A stretch of 10,606 nt of DNA from Selaginella moellendorffii (Eukaryota > Plantae > Lycopodiophyta), in contig NW_003314592.1 in the NCBI RefSeq assembly GCF_000143415.4, positions 1-10,606 of the forward strand, written 5' to 3'. How positions within the stretch are numbered: position 1 is the stretch's first letter; each line of letters opens with the position of its first letter. Positions 1 to 7,098 of the stretch are shown piece after piece. A program made the translations under genes and the position numbers. The notes beneath the pieces are model-generated. The model was not told where the DNA came from and did not search any database. It saw nothing but the letters and a program-made list of their open reading frames with translations.

Positions 1-1012
1 GATCTATGTAACTATTTATAGTGATGTCAAGTATTTCAGCAATACATTTCCGGTGAAGAACAATACGTGGAATACATTCATCATCTGCTGTAGGCATAAT
101 CTCCATCTTTTTATCTGCAAGTATCTCCCAAGTTGCAGGAAAAGGCGTGTAGAGCTCACTAGCAGAACGAAGACCACATGTTCCAGAAAATATATAAATG
201 GCCCCTTGGATAACTTTTTCTGACAATGCACGTGCAGTTTCACCATAGCTGACTATACGAATCTCACTGCTTGCAGAATCAGCCACATAAAAATTAAAGA
301 CCCAACCTGTGCGTTTTGTAGTGAATTGTCTAAGAGTGTCCTTGTGAGTGACTCTCGCCTTAAATGACCATTTATATGAACGGTTTGTAAGGCTTGCAAT
401 TGCAGTTTGAGCAATTAATGGCCGCTTTGACTCATTCTCCTACATTTACAATAACAATTTTTTTAAAAAAAGAAAGAAAATTTGTGAAATTGGTTCCAAA
501 GAAAAAAGACTTACACTTGATACACCACTATGACGCTTAGATGCCTGCACCATTTGTTTTTAACAATGAAAGGAAAAATTCAATGAAAAGATTTGCTGAA
601 GTTGTTTTTGACATTTTACTCACTTTGCTTGATTCGGGTTGAATATTGTAAGTTGGAATTGGACTCCAGATATTGTTATGAAGATACATTACATCCAAAA
701 CAATTAAAGTCCTGTAGAAAAGTAAAACCATAGAATTGAAAATCACTATATAACCACATGCATACTCTTTTCCATTGTTTGCATAAAATGCGTAGTCTGT
801 GAACTTCAGAACGTGTTTGGTCGTATGATTTCCATTCTCATGGCTTGCGTAATATGAGATGAAACTACAGCTTCGATGTTGTCTATGCCATCAGTAACTA
901 TGATGCGCCCATATGATTTGGTTTCCGGCAGAAGAATGTCGGTGATGCGCAGCACAAATTCGTCTTTTGAATTCTCCCTGACAAGCCTCACTCCATGTGG
1001 TGTGCACGCCAT
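1..1012 (-). pseudogene. RPA1: RPA70/RPA1-like ssDNA-binding protein (N-terminal OB fold + DBD-A), spliced, 1-bp frameshift in exon 1, continues beyond the left edge
   Basis: Exons 1012-766, 711-624, 544-515 and 439-<1, with GT-AG introns 765-712 (54 nt), 623-545 (79 nt) and 514-440 (75 nt) in consistent phase. Exons 1-2 read ACTPHGV..FVLRITDILL..YGRIIVTDGIDNIEAVVSS..IRPNT/LKFTDYAFYANNGKETLIVLDV, which resembles the RPA70 N-terminal OB fold. Exon 4 is stop-free and reads IASLTNRSYKWSFKARVTHKDTLRQF..GWVFNFYVADSASSEIRIVSYG..VIQGAIYIFS..WEI..DDECIPR..IAEI..NSYID, matching RPA70 DBD-A (WTIKARVT.K..LR, VF.F.L.D..GEIR, DD..IP). Exon 1 is 247 nt where 248 is needed, implying one base lost near 810 (acg tt ctg aag). 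The symbol denotes family membership, not orthology. Confidence 0.9.
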
Positions 1013-1159
1013 GGTTACAAACCCTAGAATATGAATACACTTTTTAAATTATAACTTCCAAAACATACAAATATTGGAAGATAAAATGGCTAATGGAATT
1101 CTCAGTAAATGAACCCCGATATCAAAGTGTTCCATAACATGTCCCCTACTTCAATCGCT

Positions 1160-1824
1160 CTAAAAAGTGTAGTGCCAAGGACTTGGAGGTAACATATAAA
1201 TAGAAAACGTATCAGCATTTGGAATTTGGAATTGGTGGTTGCCAACCCTGCCAAAACTAATGGGTTGATCCTGGTGTAAGCTGTCGAGGCAAACGTATTT
1301 CATGCCCTGCTGAGCCTTGAGTCTGGCCTGCTCATCGGGCGAAAGGCTGTCCCATTCGGGATTCCACTCACACACTGTGCATGGAGCACAGTGCATGAAA
1401 GAGTGGGAAGAGGCTAGCTGCCTATTTTTCTTTCTATGCACTTCCTTTATGGTTAATTTTTTAGTAGGTGGTATCTGTAGTTATATATATTTGAATGTGA
1501 GGAGATCTTCGTCCCTGTCCCCCGCACTGCCCTTCTCACCTGGCCGCTACGTACATGTGACTGATCCCAAACTGGTGGAGAATTCTCATGGCCTTGAGAT
1601 CTTCTCACTGGTGATGCTGCTGCTGCTACTGCTGTGATTCCGACTCCAAATCTCCTCTCTCTCTCCAGCCACTGCTGTCGTTGATCAGATAGCGATATGT
1701 AGTGGTGCTTAAATTTTGTATCCTGGATCCACATGAGAATGACGTGATAGCAAAGAACAAGACTTACCTGTAGCATTAAGTCGACTCTACCATTGGGACT
1801 TCTAGATAGCCTTTCTGTCACCAT
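1160..1824 (-). CDS. Orphan 3-exon protein (~184 aa) with a low-complexity middle and a C-terminal H-C-x2-C-x2-C motif region
   Basis: Exons 1824-1768, 1722-1540 and 1474-1160. Introns are 1767-1723 (CAG|GTAAGT..CCAG, 45 nt) and 1539-1475 (CAG|GTGAGA..ACAG, 65 nt), both phase 0, joining ORF-track ORFs 1453..1824 and 1160..1441 with no stop. The C-terminus reads SHSFMHCAPCTVCEWNPEWDSLSPDEQARLKAQQGMKYVCLDSLH. No family recognised. Confidence 0.55.
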
Positions 1825-2592
1825 ACTGCTGTGACAAAACCATACCCCAAACGAAGAACTTCCTCTAGCTTTGATAGCAAAACTTAAAAAGCACTATGTT
1901 TACCTGTATCCCACTTGAAGGTTGTTGTTGTGTTTAACGTTACATATGACAGATGTTGTTCCTATTTATACAACTCAAGCTAGCTCAGGAAGATTTGTGA
2001 AGCACAAAGGCAAAACGTGAAAACTTTCAGAAGCATGTGTATTCTCTCTGTTGCTTTTGTTTATCATTCCACTCGTTGATTTCTACAGGAACACATGGTT
2101 AGAGGAAGCTTCTGCTGAGATCGAAGCTGCTGTTAGGAATAGTTTGGACAAGGTTTAACTCAACTTATTTTCATGCATGCTAAGTGGCTCCAATGTGGAA
2201 GTGTAGGCACAGGCCTGTGAACTTAAATCCATTCATTTAATCCAGCTCCGAAATGTACTATCTATCCCAACGGAGCTGGATGTCACTCTATGCCCATATT
2301 CATCATTGACATAGTGACAGAAATCATTCACTTGAATTGCTTTTGTTCTTTTTCAAAACAAACTAAGGATTTGAGATTTTTTTGGACAGAGTCTAAAACA
2401 AGCATGTGGTCATGTTAGAGGATGTATGAGATCTTGCAGCAGAACTGAACTTTGAAGTATTGATGGTAGGTACATGCTGTATAGGCTCAAGAGCATTCAC
2501 AAGTTGCCTATCCTCATAGCGCTCTTCAGAAGTACAACAAGGATCACAGAAAGTTAATGCATGTTCTAGATGAACACCTCACGTCTTATTAA
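1769..2592 (+). pseudogene. Spliced orphan gene remnant, predicted alpha-helical, with three in-frame TGA codons; 5' end undefined
   Basis: Phase-consistent exons ~1769-1897, 1953-2032 (or -2038), 2089-2152, 2207-2254, 2390-2469 and 2520-2592, with introns of 55, 56/50, 54, 135 and 50 nt. Translation: ..PLGLLDSLSVTILL*QNHTPNEELPLALIAKLKKHY|MLFLFIQLKLAQEDL*STKAKRENFQK|NTWLEEASAEIEAAVRNSLDK|AQACELKSIHLIQLRN|SLKQACGHVRGCMRSCSRTEL*SIDGS|ALQKYNKDHRKLMHVLDEHLTSY. TGA codons are at 1832, 1998 and 2453. Confidence 0.45.
1963..1970 (-). promoter_or_regulatory. Candidate TATA box (TATAAATA) for the minus-strand orphan at 1824
   Basis: TATAAATA on the minus strand is followed about 30 nt later by a CAA-rich stretch, then a CAG|GTAAAC donor near 1903 and a CAGCAG acceptor (1831-1826) just before ATG 1824. 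It also lies within a putative plus-strand exon, so it may be coincidental. Confidence 0.35.
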
Positions 2593-2830
2593 GACAGATA
2601 ATTCATTAAAGTTTAGTTCTAAAGTCTTTTAATATCTTCCTTCTAGAGAAAACATTAATATCAATATAGATAGTCAAAAAAAGAAACTCTGAAACGCTTT
2701 GCTCTTGAAGTATGAGTGGTGTTAATACTTTCCAACCACAGGTAGCAATTAGGCACATCTAGAGTAAATTTCTTTGTCATAACGATATATGTCATTCCAT
2801 CCCATATGTATTGCTACAAAAAGGAAGTTG

Positions 2831-4042
2831 TTAATCTCTCAACTCTAAAACATATAAGCATACCTCTTGGAGACCACACCATAGGTTATATTGATGAATT
2901 AATATGTCTTGGTCTTCATTTTCAGTTGCAGATACAAAAAGCTTGACACCATCAAACTGTTTCATGAATTGAAGTTCCACACACACAAATGTTATATATG
3001 TAAAGCATGGATCTCCACTAAAGGATGATAATTCTGGGACTGGCATGCAACCATGCTAAGAAAACATAGAAACAAAAGATAATCAGTAACAAAAAAGGAT
3101 CTCTTTAACTAATCACCATACATGATAATTTTTGAAATGTCTCAGATGACCCTGTAAAATTGCTTTAATAGGGTCTTTAACAAAACAAAATGATGCTTCA
3201 TGTAGGTTCATTAATAGATTTTTCAACCACCATATCAGAGACATATGTCCTCTAACTATTGGAGGAGTGCAAGACATAACTTCACCATTGTTCCAAAAAT
3301 TCTTGGAGCTAATAAATATATCTCCTGAAAAAATATTGATAAAATATTTCTTATTATTTAATGAACTTCCGAATGGAATCATTCCTAATTCAAAACCAAT
3401 GTGCATAGCACGCAACTTTAAAGTTAAGGAACAAATCTCCTGAATATGCAGCATTTTTTAACACATAAACGTGTTGTTTGTCCAGTAACACCCAATCAAA
3501 CCTCCATATTCCTGATTTACAAAACCCTCAAAAATAGAACGACTACACTGTCCATTCATTGATAGTAAGAAACACCTCAGTGACTGTGGAAGTGGCACGT
3601 GTAACTCGCTTTCAGCTTCGTCTAATATTTGGTTGGGCATTCTTCCCAATATTGTTGGGAAAAATTCATGTGCCTTGAGATGTATATAGGATTTCAATTG
3701 AGTGACAATATTCCTGGTTTGCACAACGATGTCAAAGTTGTATCTTTTGAATGTCATATACCAGCTCTTGTAAGCCTCCTGCATTGAAAAAAAAATTAAA
3801 TATTAAAACAGAATATGAACAAAATAAACCTTATATGTTCCAACACGTTGGCCTTCAAAGGTTATTGGTGAGCATAATGCAAAATCCCATTGACAATGCT
3901 TCTTCCAGTTTGTTTCCATGTTACACCACCTGTAGAATTGTTTAGATAGGCAAGAAAAAATAGCGTTGTTGTAGCCTCTGGTAGTGGCAATCCTATACAC
4001 TAGCTCAAATGGAAGAAAAGGAAGGCGACCACAGTAATCCAT
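2831..4042 (-). pseudogene. SKIP16/FBXO3-like F-box protein (F-box + SMI1/KNR4-like domain + eroded ApaG start), in-frame TAA at 3460-3458
   Basis: Exons 4042-3830, 3778-3122 and 3055-2831, with introns 3829-3779 (51 nt) and 3121-3056 (66 nt, less certain). Exon 1 has an F-box-like LPFELVYRI..FSCLSKQF..ETNWKKHCQWDFALCSP..G..TYK. Exon 2 reads EAYKSW..F..Y..LDEAESELHVPLPQSLRCFLLSMNGQ..GLIGCY..KYFINIFSGDIFISSKNFWNNGEVMSCTP..SLIWWL, paralleling plant SKIP16 (E..L.VKLP..R.LY...DGQ, GLIGGY, FFLNC.NGQLYVG..NL..DGEM.PCVP, MLLWL). Exon 3 PVPELS..CFTY resembles the start of ApaG (FVPELS..FAY). ORF-track ORFs 3458..3784 and 3113..3454 are the same frame separated by one TAA. Confidence 0.85.
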
Positions 4043-4071
4043 AACTGAAATTAGGTTTAGGTTAAAAAAAT

Positions 4072-4444
4072 ATGGAAACAGCATTCGTTTTACAACCCTT
4101 CCACTTTTGCCAGAATATGTGGCTACAGGTACGAACACAAACTACTCATCATGTTAATTGTGAATGAATTTTCCTTTATATAGCTTTCTCCTGATTGGGT
4201 TCAACGATCAATGGAGTGTTCTTTTTCATGCGAAAATGGTGATAAAGTCTTTTTTGTGTTTCAAGAAAACAGTGAATTCATGTTTGAACTTCTAAACAAT
4301 GACTATAGAAGTTTCAAATTCAAGACTGATACAAAATGGCAAGAATTCCTGTGCAAACAGCAAGCAAAAGTAGGAGACATTTGTAAGATAAAATGTGAAG
4401 ATGGACAGATTGTTGCAAAGATACATAAAATTAGACAATGCTAG
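4072..4444 (+). CDS. Stand-alone B3-like DNA-binding domain protein (105 aa, 2 exons, intact)
   Basis: Exon 1 is 4072-4128 (METAFVLQPFHFCQNMWLQ), then a phase-0 intron 4129-4183 (CAG|GTACGA..ATAG, 55 nt), then exon 2 at 4184-4444 (LSPDWVQRSME..KVFFVFQENSEFMFEL..KWQEFLCKQQAKVGDICKIKCEDGQIVAKIHK). WQEFLCKQQAKVGDIC matches the B3 signature W..F.....L..GD.C.F. The N-terminal L.P.H....WL.L fits REM-type B3. Confidence 0.7.
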
Positions 4445-4574
4445 AAGAAGCTTACATACTAGCTTTATTCTTTCTCTATGTAGGGCTAAACAGTGCTTTT
4501 TGCAAATTCCATAACAAAAAAAACAAAAAATAGAAAAAAAAAACTTCATTATCTGGCTCTATACTACAGAAGAA

Positions 4575-5257
4575 AGAAGATACTTGCTCCACTGTCGGTT
4601 GCTACCATGTCTTCCTCACTTCATCGTCGTCATCATGTCAGCTGCTGCTTGATCGCCAGTAGTTGTCGTGCAAATTCTCTCCTTCTCAAGCTCCCGATGC
4701 ACCGCCACCACTAGCAGGAGCACTGTTGGTGTTGGATCCTATCAGAACAAACACGGAAAAAAGTTAGAATGAGTGAATGAAGAACAAACAAACAACTCAT
4801 GAAATTTCAAATACATACCTGGAGGACTTTTCCGGTTACTATTGTCACCAGCAGCAGCACTGCCTTGATCAGAAGACAGGTTTGGGGGTGGTCTTCCTGC
4901 TGATAGTGTTGCCCTCGTCCTCACTACGACCACTGCCGTACTCATTGGCGTTGTCATCAGCTCCCCGATGTCGTGCTGCTAATCGTGTTAAGCGTGCTCT
5001 CAAAGAGGCCATCTCGTTTGGACAGACAGCATCTTGCGCCGCCTGAAGCAATGCCATGCCTTCTTGCGAGACAGGATTACAGCCAGAGCCAAGCCCTAGG
5101 AGATGGTGACGCACATGAGTAGCTGTACCTGTGCATTAGATGCCACAGATATTGCATCTCCCCAGGGCACTAACCTGTCTGACAGAATGGTTCATGCAGA
5201 ATGCTTGCTTGAGTCTCTCCTCGCCAAGCTCACGAATAATAGATATGGAGACCTTAA
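4575..5257 (-). pseudogene. Decayed BED-type zinc-finger gene fragment with a low-complexity tail
   Basis: The frame of ORF 4869..5114 extends upstream through one TAA (5138-5136): KVSISIIRELGEERLKQAF..SALGRCNICGI*CTGTATHVRHHLLGLGSGCNP. C-x2-C..G.AT.V..HLLG..GC is the pattern of plant hAT-type BED fingers. Downstream there is a frameshift near 4885, a CAG|GTATGT donor near 4818, an acceptor near 4740 and a stop-containing Gly/Ser/Arg-rich exon. No hAT DDE or dimerisation domain follows. Confidence 0.55.
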
Positions 5258-5428
5258 CTGAGGTCAATTAGCCTTATAATAAAGACTCCTCAGTGGATCA
5301 CCAAGTGCTCTTCCGTGTTCTCATCGCAAGTTCCGAAGTGTAAGAACAAATGGCTACAATAAAACACCAATACATAGTTTCTGTTCTTGCATTGCACCAG
5401 AGAAAACTCCAATGTCAGATAATAAATT

Positions 5429-6953
5429 GTGAGATATTGTTTACTTGTTCTTGATTTTTATGCTGCTCGAGAAATTCAGTATTGTCAGTATGCGGTCTTG
5501 GTGAAAATCATAACAAAGAATCAAAAGGAGAGATTTGAACCAGATATTTGTTGCATTTCGAAATAATAACTTGATACCACTGCGTTTTGTCTGCCAAACG
5601 GATTTGGCCAGTTCAGGAAGCTCTGTCGCCTGATTATTTTGGTTGCAAAGGTACAACTCTTTACTGCTATACATTGTCACGCATGTTGTTCCAGGATAGC
5701 ATTTTAAGGCACTTCAGGATAATCCCAAAGATAACGTCACTGTAGCAGAACTGGGCTATCCATTTTTCTACACGAAGCTAGCACGCAGCAACTACAGTGA
5801 TATCAGAGAAGAGGCCATGGTGGACGTCGTTAATGCTGTGAGGAAGCGACCACAAGGACTTGATGGAGTTTCTCAACTTCTTAAAAGAGTTATATTTGGC
5901 TTCTGAATACCTGCTAAAAACTGGAATTACACCCTATCTGCCTATGTCCAGGACTCTGTTGATCCATGTGCGGACTTGTGTAATGTGATAGTCAAACTGT
6001 TGCACAAAATCTAAAAAATCTTTAAATACGTATTTCTATTTGGTCAGAACTTCATATTAAACCAAGAACAAAAAAGACTTAGGCCAGCATATCTACAAGG
6101 AAGCCATAGATCTCTCAAACCCAAAGCAATCTAGCATTTGTGTGTTATCCACGAAAAGACTAAGCTCCGTACAGCATCTGTTGAACATTAAGTCTTTCAT
6201 GCTCTGGGGTTCTGATGCATTTGTTTAGCATTGGTTAGACTGTAGTTCAAAGAAAGATAATCACTTAAAGTTTATCCATAGTGATGAAAAGACCTTGAAT
6301 TTAAACATATGAAACAGATATTCTCTATTATAAAAACAGTTACAACAAGACTAGCTTCAAAACATTTTCACGTGTACCTAGGTTAATAGATACTTTCTCA
6401 AGGAAATGGCAGAGAGAAGCAACGAAGCAGAAAAAATGGAGAAGTGGATGAAGGCTACAAGTGAAATAGAGAAAAGAGGAATTAAGCGCGTATGCTGTCG
6501 TGACTTCATGATAAACGACAGGTAATTTAGATTTAGATTCGAAAAGATGGTTAATGAAACCTTGTGAACGTGATAGATTCTTTCCAACTGACAGTCAAGC
6601 ACGAAAACTTGATGTGCTTGGGTGTCCACCATCAGAATACATGTATGGCTTTGCTAGCAGTGATGGGGTCTCAAGAAAGATTACAACATATATAAGCAAA
6701 GTCAAACAGTTTAAAAGAATCAACAAGAGAAAGAATGTTGCACCGGGTAAGTGTGGATGTTATACTCTTTGTTCTCTACTTTTTTTTACAAAAAAAACTA
6801 TCACATGCAGGATTGACTGTATTCACAGCACAGATTCTAAATGGCAAGAAGTATAATAAGAATCGCCTACCAAACAAAGCAGAAGTACAAAAGGTATTTG
6901 ATAGAAACACAAGAGGAATCCATCCGTATGTCTTCTCGGCATTGCATTATTGA
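5429..6953 (+). pseudogene. Long multi-exon orphan pseudogene, probably interrupted by the LTR element
   Basis: Phase-consistent introns at 5488-5543 (56 nt), 5651-5694 (44 nt), 6522-6576 (55 nt) and 6747-6810 (64 nt). Protein-like segments include YHCVLSAKRIWPVQEALSPDYFGCK, VAELGYPFFYTKLARSNYSDIREEAMVDVVNAVRKRPQGLDGVSQLLKRVIFGF, YFLKEMAERSNEAEKMEKWMKATSEIEKRGIKRVCCRDFMINDR|FFPTDSQARKLDVLGCPPSEYMYGF..NVAP|GLTVFTAQILNGKKY. In-frame stops occur at 5572, 5697, 5904 and elsewhere. Junctions at ~5980-6085 and ~6310-6381 are unresolved. Confidence 0.55.
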
Positions 6954-6960
6954 TATGGCT

Positions 6961-7066
6961 TGTTAGGCGCCAACTTTGACTACGTGGTCAACGTCGGTCA
7001 AAGGGAGGCTCAAGGGTATATTAAGGCATGTTAGGGTAAGGGACTTAACCTACCCTAGGGCTCGCA
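6961..7066 (+). repeat. Putative 5' LTR (106 bp, TG...CA)
   Basis: Starts TGTTAGG at the compositional boundary, ends CTCGCA, and is followed 1 nt later by TGG (PBS position). It has a TATA-like TATATTAA at 7017-7024. The partner LTR is not in the window, so the boundaries are unconfirmed. Confidence 0.6.
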
Positions 7067-7067
7067 G

Positions 7068-7082
7068 TGGAGCGGCGGCGCA
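7068..7082 (+). promoter_or_regulatory. Candidate primer-binding site TGGAGCGGCGGCGCA (non-canonical)
   Basis: TGG lies immediately after the putative LTR end and 31 nt before the gag ATG. It is not the tRNA-iMet type TGGTATCAGAGC. Confidence 0.4.
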
Positions 7083-7098
7083 GAGAGAATTGGTTGCG

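Noticed and set aside
16-246. ORF-track 76-aa minus-strand ORF
   Set aside because: Out-of-frame shadow of the RPA70 DBD-A exon (439-1).
537-746. ORF-track 69-aa minus-strand ORF
   Set aside because: It is RPA exon 2 plus read-through of the flanking introns, not a separate gene.
1317-1637. 106-aa plus-strand ORF ending in poly-Leu
   Set aside because: Non-ATG start, antisense to the spliced orphan, and the Leu run comes from a short (GCT)n repeat. No domain support.
4051-4063. TTAGGTTTAGGTT as a telomere repeat or telo-box
   Set aside because: Only two imperfect units, not TTTAGGG/AAACCCTA. Better explained as the minus-strand branch-point/acceptor region.
1832-5906. U-to-C RNA editing or stop-codon recoding to explain the in-frame stops
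   Set aside because: Plant U-to-C editing is organellar, whereas this DNA has spliceosomal introns and frameshifts. Pseudogenisation is simpler.
1-6960. Helitron termini (5' TC; 3' hairpin + CTRR) inside the window
   Set aside because: Several CTAG sites exist, but I found none with a convincing GC-rich hairpin 10-15 nt upstream. No terminus is called.
6976-7098. 41-codon N-terminal extension of gag in the ORF track
   Set aside because: It starts at TTG inside the putative LTR/PBS. The first in-frame ATG is 7099.
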